Assembly: GCA_002269645.1 (NCBI GenBank)
Contig: NIVC01000092.1
Coordinates: 124,001 to 188,000 of the forward strand
DNA length: 64,000 bases
Direction: 5' to 3'
Source: Macrostomum lignano
Taxonomy: Eukaryota
The translations under genes were made by a program, and so were the position numbers. This document shows positions 37,591 to 49,699 of this stretch, one piece after another; the stretch's first letter is position 1, and the number at the start of each line of letters is the position of its first letter. Under the pieces are notes generated by a model. That model was not told where the DNA came from. It did not search any database and worked only from the letters and a program-made list of their open reading frames with translations.

Positions 37591-40297
37591 ATTGATTCGA
37601 AAGAGACAAATAATTGAGAAATGGCGGCCAAGACAAATGCAAGACGGGCTGGGTGCAGGGGTTTTAAACCGGCCGGCGCGGCCAACACTCCCACATCTCA
37701 ACCCCCACCAGAGTACAGAGGCATGTACAGCGGCACCCCCAGCGTGTCTAACACACCTGACTCTGAGAGTAATAATTACAATATCACCCAGAGTGCAACT
37801 GTTTACTTTTAGTCCGGAACTTTATTGAACACTCTCTTATTCCTGTTCATATCGAGTGAAAAAGTCAAGACGACCATCTTTGCAGCAGGATACTTAAATC
37901 AGTGCCTTGTAGCTTGCTTTCACTTCGATCTTATCACAAAATTTACCATTGGCATATCATTACTAAATTACATAAAATCAGCTGCAATCAGCTGCTATCT
38001 CCATTTCTATACGAACCTGTCTTAAAAGTTAAAGATTAGCAACAGCTTTTTCAATCATGCTACTACAAGTAGTTATAAATGCTACTCTGTCGGTATGGTT
38101 TCAAATGCACTGTTCAAAAAGTCCAAGTAAAAGCTATTCTACAAGGAACAATTAACCAGGGAAAATCATGTGAAATTCTTCACTGCATCGCCCATAGTCG
38201 GCAGTTGCTGCATAACCTCATATTCGCAACTGTTTCAGCCTTTCCTGTGTTGGCAACTTCTGCAAGATCAAGAACTGTACTGCAGCGCACAAATGGTCGA
38301 AGATGAGTTCGCGTTGCCGCAATCCTTACTCGCGAGAGCTACAATTTTGTTTATTCGATTCGACTGTTCGCTCTTCACTTTCTTCACTTTTAATTTGTTA
38401 TTATCCGTACTCTTGATATTCAAAAACAAACTCTATATGTAATAACACATCGATTAAAAAGTGAACAACTAAATAATAATAGTAATAATATATTCTACTT
38501 TTAAATGCGAGGCATCAAAGTGTGGGGGAAACGTGCTGTTTGCTTTCAATAGCTAGGAGTTCTTGTTTTTTATAAAGCTTCTATACGACGCATTGAAAGG
38601 TAAAACTTAAAGGCAATCTCTGAAGGCCTGTTTTCAAATTTAAAAAGTCACACGAAACAACGCACGGTTAATCACGTAATCAAATGGTTCAAAAGTAACA
38701 AAAATGGCTGATTTAATTTTTTCAAACCCAGCCAGGCTATCAGTGTTAAGCTCTTTCTACTTCGATGGAATTAAGCTATACATGATGATGATGTGGCTTT
38801 TCATCGATCCGCTTGTTACAAAACTAAACTAAAGCAACTTTTGGCTACTATGCTTCTGCCAAAAAGAAAACCACACTGAAAAGCTTTGCCAACAATACTT
38901 GAGAACTTTCCATCTGAACGGTAGTTATAGCTATATACCGGCAATTTATCAATCGACCCTTGGTCTGTACTATTGATTATTGAAGCTTCGATGCCAACCT
39001 TAGCAAAATCGCTCAATTGAAAGCAACATTGCATATTATTACAAATCTTATTGCATTGTCTGCTTAAACCATCTAAGCGATTTCCTCGGTTTCGAAACGG
39101 GATATTGCAAGGGAGCGTGGACGGGTATTAGGGCAAGTCTCATCTGGAAAGCGCTTGGCATAGCCACAGATTTCATTCCTAATGGCCAAATGCATTAAAC
39201 AGGCTAACAAAAGCCACAAAAATTCCTGGCTTTTTTGATGTTCTACTCGTAATTTAGTCTTTGGTTCGCGTAGATACTTCAGTTCTCCAACATATCGCAT
39301 GTACGTTACAATGACAAAAGTTGCTTTTTCTTCTCGAATTCGAGTTCTTGTCCAAAAAGCAGCATGCAGAAACTGCACCGTTTTATTTTGTGCCTACCAA
39401 AGATCGAGGTATTGTCTGAGTTAAATCATTTATTGTCCAGTTACAAAGTTGAAGTTGAATTCAAACACTATGTTGAACTGTTTCGTTGTTGCATTTCCTG
39501 ATGAAGTGTGTGTGTTAGCTAATAGCTATTTGCATGTGCTTGAATTAGGCTCAACGAACGAAATTGGTAGTAAATATGTGGCACGTTGCAGGTGATTGGC
39601 GTGGATTGGCGCGGGGCACTTTCTGGTGAAAGGCATTACTCTCGCAATTCGATCTAATTGAAAAATATTCAGTTTTAATTGTCATTAAGTAGCTAAAAAC
39701 CCACACTAAGCTAATATTGCATATCTGCGGGAGTAGACATTTTTTGTAGGCCCGAGAGCCGATTTCTCTGTTTAATTAAGTCGTATTAAAAGATTTGGGC
39801 TATAACTTGAATATACAACCTGACACTGTTTGCCTGTCTGTTAATAGCTAAATAATACATCATAGTTTTTAATTATAGTTTGTTGTTTTTAATACTTAAT
39901 TTCCAAACTATATTTGCTGTTGTTTCTGTACTTCTACGCATGTTGGTTCTAATATTTTTCTAATTCAAAGCTAAATAAACAGTTTGCCATCGTTGCATAA
40001 ATAAAACGCTGTGGATGTTGAAAAGAACGTCAAAAAGCAATGTTGCTGTTCTCATTTAAATCAAGTTTTTGTTTAGTATACGAAATACTGAAGTTGCTAC
40101 TCGTTGCTACTTATACTCGTATTTTTGTTTATTTTGCAAGTTTCTGTCGTCTTGGGTAAGGACGACTGGAGCCAAGGGGCGTCGCCATGGATTTTAAGCC
40201 GGGAATTCTAAATGTACTTGTACATGACTGGGGATGGTTCTACGACAATGGCCTGCGCGGCATCTGCCTGACAACGCTAATCCCGAGGACCGAGGTG

Positions 40298-41147
40298 GCT
40301 TTTGAACAGTCTGTTCAAAAGAATCAAGCGCAGAAAAATTCAATTCAAACACTAAGAAATCTCAGCGCTTGCGGAAATTCAACTCAAACAAAGTCCCTTT
40401 CTTTTGAAACAGATCATGCAGATGAAGTTCGATTCAGACGACTGTACGTCTGTCTCCGAGTGACGCCACGTAAAACCATTAATTGCCTGACCACCTGGCC
40501 AGGCAGCAAGGGACGTATGTTTAGGTTGAACCACTCATCAGCAGTGCATTTTTCCGCAGAGATGCAGCCGACGGAATTCTGTCCACCATGTTATACAGAA
40601 TGTCTTGCCATCCTTGGACTTCTCTCCGCTCTCCCTAACCTCATACATGTACATGTATGCTGTTGACTCCAAGTTGGCGCGCCAGTTCCAGCAGCAAGTC
40701 ATCCCCATGATCAGCAGCCTTGATCGATGATCGTCTCTGTCACTTTTTGGTTCAAACTTCATCGATTCCGTCCTCTTCTAGCAATTTATCGTCTTCTTCA
40801 ATCAGATCTTTATTCTTATTTTGCACTCACGTCAATTCTTAGTGTGCAATAACTGTACAATTATGCAGTACAATGAAAAAATAAAATAAGAACGTTAGAA
40901 TTAAATTTCCATTTGCTCAAATCTCTGTCGAAATATAGAATGTATAGCTTTGTTTCTTTTAAATTTCCGATCTCTCATGTGTCCACCTCAGGGACAATTT
41001 TGGCCCCATACAGTCTGAATTGAACTTCTTCATCTGTTTCAATAGAAAGGGACTTTTGTTTGAATTGAATTTCCGAAAGCGCTGAGATTTCTTTAAGTGT
41101 TTGAATTGAAGTTCTGCTTGTTTCTTTTAAACAACACTGTTCAAATA
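40298..41147. repeat. Diverged ~150-bp inverted duplication (40298-40447 vs 41000-41147)
   Basis: Shared TTCAATTCAAACACT..GAAATCTCAGCGCTT..GGAAATTCAA..GTCCCTTTC..GAAACAGAT core in opposite orientation. Confidence 0.75.
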
Positions 41148-41421
41148 GGGAGGTAAAATGGTGAGCTATCTTGCAAATATACGAGCTATCTTGCTGTCTT
41201 GCAACTCTGTGCTTGATCAGCTCTACTTGTGGCTTTCTTCTGAGTGAGCATAGAAGCACTATGCGGTGTGTATTTCTGGCTAAGGGGTATGCGAACAAAT
41301 GCATGCTGCTTACAGGAGGAAGCACTTATAAAAATCTGATTTTCGTGGCATGAAAGCTAAAATAAGCCGCTAAAAGGCAAATGATTTTTTAACACACATT
41401 AATGCTTGTGGAGCAAGCAAA

Positions 41422-41449
41422 AGTGACACTACTTCTGGGGCACCCCTCG
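41422..41449 (-). mobile_element. Solo mariner-like terminus
   Basis: Reverse complement TA|CGAGGGGTGCCCCAGAAGT; no partner end found. Confidence 0.35.
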
Positions 41450-42081
41450 TATATTTTGACATTCTTACTCGTACAACCCTATAACTGCTGTATCTAAGTA
41501 ACGACAATGCATTATTTTAGTGAATATTATTAACAGAATTTTTATACAAAATATAAGTTTTTATAAAAATCTGGAGTTTTAAGGTATATTGCAATATAAA
41601 AAAATGAGACAGCTACTGATGAAAACCAGCGTAGCCACTATATGTAATCAAATAAATCATCGCATAATAAGAAAAATAATAGCTGATTAAAGTGCGAGCA
41701 AATGTGAGAACTGATTTGGGCAGCTCTGAGGGATATTTAGGGGGATTCTGTGGGATATTTAAGGGCAATTCTGAGAGATATATTTCCCTAACTTTTACAT
41801 ATAACCAGTCTATAAAAAGCACTGCCAAACAAAGTCAAACTTTACAATATACATAAGCCGTAATTACCGTCTTCGCCAAACTACGCGAAACTGCTGATCG
41901 ACTGCGCGCAGCTTTGACAGAACCTCGGTTGCTTCGAGGAACGTCTCCAATGCAGGTACATGCATGTTGCAAGTTAAACGCAACGTAGACTAAAATATAA
42001 GTAATAACGCTTTTGAAGGTCTATCAAACAAAAGAGTCGCACCATTAACGCAACCACCGCACCAGTTATGTTTTTCATCTT

Positions 42082-43250
42082 TTAGTATACGGACCGGTAG
42101 TGCAGAATCAAAAATCTCATCTGGTTTGATTTTTGGGCGACCCAGAAGGAGACAATTGTAGCAGCGCACATTCTTTTGTCATCAGAGTCAACGGCTCCAA
42201 TATACTCCTTGCAAAGCTTGAAGTTTTTCAGGTTCCTTCGATGGTCGTAGATTTTCATGAGCGCTGTCGTGATGTTACTGTGGATTTGATCAGGTCCCGA
42301 CTGGAGGATATAATCCGTCTTACTCTTATTGTACGTTTGTATCATAAGATGCGCCTCCTGAAGGATTACAGGCAGCAGAGTGAGCGGTTGGTATAACTCC
42401 ACTTCTTCAGCAACTGTTTTATCCTGACACCGGGCGATTCGCACAGGAAAAAGTACAGGCATCTCTTTTAGAACCTCTGAAGTTGAAGCACCAACATAGT
42501 TAATATTGAGCTGCTCCCATCGCTGCTCGTGGCTGGGTAGTACAGAGCCATCATGCTCGAAGTCGACGCTTTTAGCCATAATACTCTGACAGTCAGCCTC
42601 AGAATCGAGCTACTGATCCTACTTTGCCGCTTACTAACTGGCTGTTCATCAACTGAACTGCTGTCGTCTTCAGATGATTCACTGCTGGAAGCCGCAGCAG
42701 CACCACCGTCACCAATTCATTTGGTTGCCAGGCCACGCAGGAATCGACGGCAACGATGCAGCAGACACCGCCGCCGCCGAGGCCGCCATGCTACCACAAG
42801 CCACGGCTGCCATCAGTCTTCAGACAGCACGCACCGCCATCCGCCGAGATCGTAGCGCCTTTTGACGCTCAGGTCCTGGGCCCTCCGCTCCGCCCGACAG
42901 AGCGTCGCCATGAACCAGCTCCGTGCTGGCGTCAGCACCCTCTGCGCCGTCACCCGCGCCCGCATCGGCCTACAGGAATCCGACGCCTGCCCCGACTGCG
43001 GCGCCCCGGATACCGTCGGCCACCTCGTTCGCCGCTGTCCCCGAGGGGACGCCGCTCGCCTCCGCCTGTTCGGCAGCGACGACCCGTTGGAGGATCGGCA
43101 CGGTCGCCCCTTTGCCCTCCTTCGCAGCATGGGGCGTTGGCCTCCGCTTCTCTTAGCACCGCGCAGTACTCTAACGGCGAGCCGGATAGAAGAAGAAGCG
43201 GCGGCGGCAGCAGCAGTTACTTTGCGCTTTCTTCCGTGCTTCTCGCGCAT
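42082..43250 (-). pseudogene. Unidentified coding sequence disrupted by a LINE insertion and a frameshift
   Basis: Removing the LINE joins MREKHGRKRKVTAAAAA-SSSESSEDDSSSVDEQPVSKRQSR; after a 1-nt shift it continues into the 165-aa ORF. Confidence 0.5.
42703..43194 (+). mobile_element. 5'-truncated RNase H-containing LINE (I-group-like), 3' end
   Basis: QFIWLPGHAGIDGNDAAD (RNase H end), CPDCGAPDTVGHLVRRCP knuckle, (GAA)n tail, and approximate TSD GAAGC..GCAGCAGCA. Confidence 0.85.
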
Positions 43251-43640
43251 CTGCTGATCGAGATTGGGCTTACAAATGAGTCAAGCTGTCTGCTGCGCAG
43301 ATCTTAATTCAGTCGACGGCAAATCTTAATTGCCCAAAAGCGGTATCCGTCGATTGTAGGAAACGTCTAATATGTATTTTATACATGTAATGTACGAGTA
43401 ATCTGTTGGAAATTACATTGCGCATACTAATTTGGAATCAAAAAATTGCATGTACATGGACATTAATAAAGCTAATAAATAAATAATAATTGATTACACC
43501 TGCCCTATAATTGGCAGATGTGCAACCGACAGCTCAGCCGCAGCTATTGCGCGGCGCATCTGAAAGCTGAGTACGGCTGCATGTTCAGTCCAAGAGGGTC
43601 GCCACACATACCCTCAATTATCCCAGCTAATGCTGGCACC

Positions 43641-44394
43641 GGGTCGCCATCATAAGCGCGCACCGGCACAAGCGCGCCTGTGTATTTTTATGTCAAAGTC
43701 TGGCACAGGCGCGCAGAGGCAGAAGCGCGCACGTACGTTTTGACTTGCACAAGAGCGCGGTAGAAAGTGCTCAGCATTGGCATAAGCGCGCACGATCACA
43801 AGACCGAACTGGCATAAGCAAGCGCGCACTTCTGGCTCTGTGTTGCAAAAGCGCGCAGTCAAAGTTTGGCACAAGCGCGCAATGCAATAAATAAAAGCAG
43901 TCAAGTTGCTCCATCGTCTGTCACGAAGTAGTCGATTGTATTTGTATGAAAAAAAATCGAATTAAAAGTAAACATTAAAATTAAAATTAAAATTAAAACG
44001 CAGTCAAAAGGAAAAGAGCAGCTGCAGAAATCCCAGTTGCTGCTGACTGGGCAGGCCGTGTCCCAGCATGTCTGGTATCTATCGACAGTGTACTGTAAAT
44101 GCTTACAATTGTGCCAACTGTGCCTAAAGTACCTCTGTTTACACCCTAACCCACCACCCCTTGTGCACTACAGCTTTGATTTATATTTTTCTACACTACG
44201 AGTATCACGTCAGTCGCCAAATGAAGTGCGCGCTTGTGCCTTAGCGAGTAAATAATGCGCTCTTGCGCCAAAGTCTGACAGCGCGCTTATGCCACAGCGT
44301 GTCAAAAGTGCGCGCCTCTGCCAGTGCGCTCTTGTGCTGCTGCGCGCTTGTGCCGGTGCGCGCCTCTGCCAGTGCGCGCTTATGACGCGTTCCC
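43641..44394. mobile_element. 754-bp non-autonomous TIR element (GGG..CCC ends, 8-bp TSD)
   Basis: TIR core TCATAAGCGCGCAC, many inverted GGCACAAGCGCGC subterminal motifs, and perfect TSD CTGGCACC (43633-43640, 44395-44402). Confidence 0.85.
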
Positions 44395-45684
44395 CTGGCA
44401 CCCATTTTACAGCTGGTACGGTATTCCTGTACTCTATACTCATACATAGTGCATGTACAGCAAGAGAAAGTTAGGTGTGTTCTTATAAATTGCAGTGTGC
44501 GTGTTCAACATTTTTTAACTTTTTAATTCCCCAAAACCCTTGTACTATAGCTAATACATTATGTAGATTCTGCATACCCGAGGTTCTGAATCGAAGAATG
44601 TTTTCGAGAAAAAGAATTATATGTAAGAGTTTGCAATCACAGCTGCTTTTCGACAGATCGGTTCCACCAATTGCATGAGATGCGCCTCTCACTGTAATTT
44701 CGTGACGCCCTGACTATATTGACTTGTTGCCATGCAGCTAGTGCATGCATTCAACAATTGGTACATGTTACATGTGTATATCGTCGAAATTAAGTACACT
44801 TTTCATGTGCATGTATATTTCAAGTCAAGGACTATAAAGTCGGACAGGAAACTTTTAGGAGGCAGTTATTACCGAAATATACTGTACTGCATACATTACG
44901 AGATGCAACTGTAGGAGGCTCTTATTTTTCAGCACAAAAGTTGTTGTTTGCTTTTATAGATAAGAGGCAGACCCAATGTTCATCTTTTGATTTCTTGCCT
45001 TCTTTCTTATAGCTCTATTGATATTCATATTTTTTGCCGTAGAATTCATAACATTCTTTGTTAATTTTATACCCTACACGTACATGTACAATCGTACATG
45101 TAAATTTTATGTGCCTAATAATAATAAAAATAGCACAACTTGACTCATTGCATGGCTTTATGAATCTATTTTATCATTCTGTTGCACTTCTGTTGCACAT
45201 ATGCAGTCATTAAACTATAAGGATGATCAAATAGCAGCAATCGATATCGACGGACGAGCGGTTCCGGGCGGCTTCGTTTGTCACGGGTACATATAGTCCT
45301 GCAGTCGGAGAGACCCTACCTAACCGAGACCCAGCACGCCGAGACCTGGACGCCGACAGTTTCGCTCGAAAAGCAAGTTGACGCGACGCGCGCTGACCTG
45401 CTAGTACCGCGCCGCGCCGTCTTCAAGATCTGCAGCGACGATCGAACGAGTCAACAATGCTGCCTGCATGGTCCGTCCAAGCGACCTGCTGCGACTCCAG
45501 ATGGCAGGCCCCATCATCCCGTGCTGAGTCTTATAAAGTCGGTGCGGAACGACCGTTGCTGCTGATGCTGCAGACCCTACTAGCCAGGACAGGCGCACGC
45601 ACTGGGCGTTTATTCGTCGCCTGCCTGCTGGCTGACGCCGGCGCCCCAGATTCGGTTGGAGGGGCTACGATATTACAACATTTG

Positions 45685-46232
45685 GTGTTGTTGTTCATGA
45701 CTGTCGTGCTGCTGTTGTTGCTGTTGTTGAGTGTGAATATCATGCGTCATTGTGTATGTCAACGGAGCATGCATCCCTCTCAGGCGATCCACTTACTGCG
45801 GGTGAGCCGCCCTGGGGAAATTTACCACCATATTCCCTCCTTTCTCAGGTCAGAGACTGACTCCATCCCTAGTCTTTTGTGGAGGCCGTCCCAACGTGCA
45901 CAACTCCACCATTGGTCTTTATTATCTTCGCTTTCTCCGCAGTCCTCACAGGCATCCACCGGCTCCAAACCGACCTTTTGCCTCCAGTATCTGGTACGAG
46001 TACATCTGCAGTGCCCTGTCCTTGGCTGTGCCAACAACGTACGTTGCAGTCCTTCTACCGACGTCGGCCTGCTCGATCTTGCTGCTGTAAACTGCTCTTA
46101 GTCGTGCGTAGAACGCATCGGATCTCCAGCTGTTTCTCAGGTAGCTGAGAGCTGCTTCGTTGTTTCGTTCTTTCGTTGCCCGGGATCCCCATACATGTAC
46201 ATGTATGGCCTGGGATCAACTGGATCGTGACA
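45685..46232 (-). mobile_element. Second RNase H-containing LINE 3' fragment
   Basis: IQLIPGH[TCTC]MGIPGNER, RTGHC..KVGL..CEDCG knuckle region, and a (CAA)n-type tail. Confidence 0.75.
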
Positions 46233-46234
46233 TA

Positions 46235-46300
46235 CGAGGGGTCTATGAAATTGACTGCGAGATTGAACTTTGCACAGAACTTCGCACTTCGTAACAAGCA
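46235..46300 (+). mobile_element. Solo mariner-like terminus abutting the LINE fragment
   Basis: TA|CGAGGGGTCTATGAAATTGAC; no partner end seen. Confidence 0.35.
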
Positions 46301-46587
46301 CTCTCTAGATCCTCAAATTTCGTTTTTACGCTCGTAAATCTCTCATTTTAACAAGGAATCCTTAATTTCTTTACTCCTTAGTGCTGTTAGGGACGGGTTT
46401 GAGGATTTCTGGGCTCCGGATCGCGTGATCAATAGAACCAGTTACTAGATATATATGATTAAAAGATGTGAATCCATGTACTTTAGGTGTCTAATCAAGG
46501 TAATGTTGTCGTTGTTGTTCATGATGGATGGGGATGCTGTTGATATTGATATTGGACAACATATTTTGTCAGGGAAGTCAGGATATT

Positions 46588-47690
46588 AGAGAGTCAGAGA
46601 ATCGGATCGGAGAGTCAGCTGGGGAATCAGAGAGTCAGCTGGGGAATCGGAGAGACAGGGAATCGGAGAGTCAGCTGGGGAATCGAGAGTCAGCTGGGGA
46701 ATCAGAGAGACAGGGAATCGGAGAGTCAGCTGGGGAATCAGAGAGTCAGCTGGGGAATCGGAGAGACAGGGAATCGGAGAGTCAGCTGGGGAATCGAGAG
46801 TCAGCTGGGGAATCAGAGAGACAGGGAATCGGAGAGTCAGCTGGGGAATCGAGAGTCAGCTGGGGAATCGAGAGTCAGCTGGGGAATCAGAGAGTCAGCT
46901 GGGGAATCAGAGAGTCAGCTTGGGAATCGGAGAGACAGGGAATCGGAGAGTCAGCTTGGGAATCGGAGAGACAGGGAATCGGAGAGTCAGCTGGGGAATC
47001 GAGAGTCAGCTGGGGAATCAGAGAGACAGGGAATCGGAGAGTCAGCTGGGGAATCGAGAGTCAGCTGGGGAATCGAGAGTCAGCTGGGGAATCAGAGAGT
47101 CAGCTGGGGAATCAGAGAGTCAGCTGGGGAATCGGAGAGACAGGGAATCGGAGAGTCAGCTTGGGAATCGGAGAGACAGGGAATCGGAGAGTCAGCTGGG
47201 GAATCGAGAGTCAGCTGGGGAATCAGAGAGACAGGGAATCGGAGAGTCAGCTGGGGAATCGAGAGTCAGCTGGGGAATCAGAGAGACAGGGAATCGGAGA
47301 GTCAGCTGGGGAATCAGAGAGTCAGCTGGGGAATCGGAGAGACAGGGAATCGGAGAGTCAGCTGGGGAATCGAGAGTCAGCTGGGGAATCAGAGAGACAG
47401 GGAATCGGAGAGTCAGCTGGGGAATCAGAGAGTCAGCTGGGGAATCGGAGAGACAGGGAATCGGAGAGTCAGCTTGGGAATCGGAGAGACAGGGAATCGG
47501 AGAGTCAGCTGGGGAATCGAGAGTCAGCTGGGGAATCAGAGAGACAGGGAATCGGAGAGTCAGCTGGGGAATCGAGAGTCAGCTGGGGAATCAGAGAGAC
47601 AGGGAATCGGAGAGTCAGCTGGGGAATCGAGAGTCAGCTGGGGAATCGGAGAGACAGGGAATCGGAGAGTCAGCTGGGGAATCGAGAGAC
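46588..47690. repeat. Composite minisatellite (20-bp GAGAGTCAGCTGGGGAATCG and 16-bp GAGAGACAGGGAATCG monomers)
   Basis: Interleaved tandem monomers. Confidence 0.95.
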
Positions 47691-48941
47691 CCTGCATGAT
47701 TGCTTTAAGTGTAACTGCGTATTTTCTCTTTTTATGAATTAAGAAAATTTACTCTGTGTATTCAACGAAAAATTTCAGCCCTGCCATGCCCTTAGTTCCA
47801 AAATTTAATAAATAAATCGCAGACAATGGTCATTCGCATGCCATGCAGAATCGCGCAACAAGAAGCAGATTAGGATGGAAAGCTTTTTTACTGTAAGCGA
47901 TTCCAGAAACAGTCAAGTTCTAGCGTAATTTGCATACAAGAAGCAAGCAGGCCGTTTGTTTTCTACAGCACAAACTTCATGTCTGCGGCTGTGGCTGCAA
48001 AAATGCATGCAGTAAAAAAGCATTCTTTTGCTTTCTTATTTTTCTGTGCTTTCATTTTGCCTGTTGCAACTACATGCGTCCTGGTTGGGATCGACCTTAC
48101 ACTGTTAAGTGCAAGTTTTGTTGCGTGCCACAGGCCAGCGGAATATACATGTACGACTGTAGCGGTTCGCTGCTTTCGAAGACGAGTTGCAAATTGGTCG
48201 GTCGACGCGGAGAAATTAGAGGGGCTGTATAAAGCTGCGGCGCTTGGGTAGCAATTGCTTGAACAACTCCTGCGGACGTTTGTCCATGCAGCCGTTTTCT
48301 GGGGCCCACGCCTATCCCAGCTGGTTCTTTATCCAACAAGGGGCGCTCCCCTCCAATGACCCCCCCCAAGCTCCCCCCAGGCGCACGTGTTTCTTCCGTA
48401 TTCTCTGAAGCAGCTACAGCTGCAGCGCACATTCAATACACACACATGGGCACACACACCACACCACTTACAATGCGCTCGTAATGGCTTGGCTCGCGCA
48501 ATAGTTGCATGCCTGCCATCGAGGCGGCGAAGCCACTCGACCACGGTCCGACCCATCCGATATCCTCATCCTCCTGTGACTGTCTTCTTCCCCAAGAAGC
48601 GTATTCCGAACCTATCTCTCTCCCCCGACCTACCGACCTGTGGCTGCCAACCAGCCTATAAGCTAATAATCCCCGGGTCTGCCCTCGCTGCACTGGTGGG
48701 GGCCAACCGCACACCGTTAAAATCCCAAACATGCCGTCGATGTGGCGGCCAGCGTAGAGAGGGCGTAGTAATCTGCAAAATTGCTCCCCCCATTTCATAA
48801 CACTGTTATATAGCAACTCTTTTGCTGCAGGTGATTTTATTCCATTGGTATAGAACATGTGCTGAATTTTTAACAATCGCTTAAGCTTATTCCACTCGAA
48901 GTGCAACTAACTTCTGCAAATCAATAGCTGCACGCAAAATC

Positions 48942-49049
48942 ATGTCTGACGATGAGGTCGAACATCGGCAGTCCGCTCTCGCCAACGGCTATTCGTGGTG
49001 CAACAATTTTAACAAAACTCCACGCGTCTACGTTGAAATTCAACTGCCG
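48942..49049 (+). CDS. Candidate initiation exon (MSDDEVEHRQ...VEIQLP), possibly an alternative first coding exon of the Cas gene
   Basis: Acceptor cttttgctgcag at 48830, A-rich ATG context AAAATCATG, and phase-0 donor CCG|GTGAGT. Confidence 0.35.
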
Positions 49050-49699
49050 GTGAGTATCTTGGCTGCATGGTGGTACAACGCTTCCGCACACGGATGCAAC
49101 ACAGGGCTTACAGCGGTCCTGACTTTTGGGCAGCCATGTACGCTCTCTGTGCTGTTAGCGACGTTCAGCCGATGTATGACTTCGTTATCCATCAATGAAC
49201 GGATTCCCCTGCATGCATTCTCGAGCCGTAGGGGTGATAATAATTACGGTGCAAAATCTTATCCTCGATCGAACCTCGACCTAGATTCTACATGTATTGC
49301 TATCCAGCAATAGGAGCGTCACTCATACAGGGGCAGTGTAGTGTGAGCGGGCAGACAGACAAGCAAGGCCTCTTTTCACAGCAATCAAGCGATCGCGATT
49401 ATGGTTAACTATGTTAAAAAATGATGCAATAAACTAGACATTCCCTTGACCAATCCCTTGGCTAATATGCGAGCGTATAAGGTCGATGAGTCACCGCGCG
49501 TGCATAGCTGCGCGGTTCCGACTATCATTCCGATACTTTCTGTGTGGGGGTTGCAGAAGGCGGTCGTAGCTTTTTAAAGCCAGTTAAATGCGTTGGATTT
49601 AGTCATGGTGATGCGCATTTACATGAACATGTGTACCGTCTGTATGTATACTCTCTACGCCGTGGGGGTCAGGGCCTCGGAGAGTGCAGAAAATCCGGG

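Noticed and set aside
40174-44712. GGGGCGTCGCC / GTGACGCCCTG as ends of a hAT element
   Set aside because: The match is short and there is no target-site duplication.
48433-48906. 157-aa minus-strand ORF in the inter-array island
   Set aside because: No ATG start or recognisable motif; the plus-strand exon signals are stronger.
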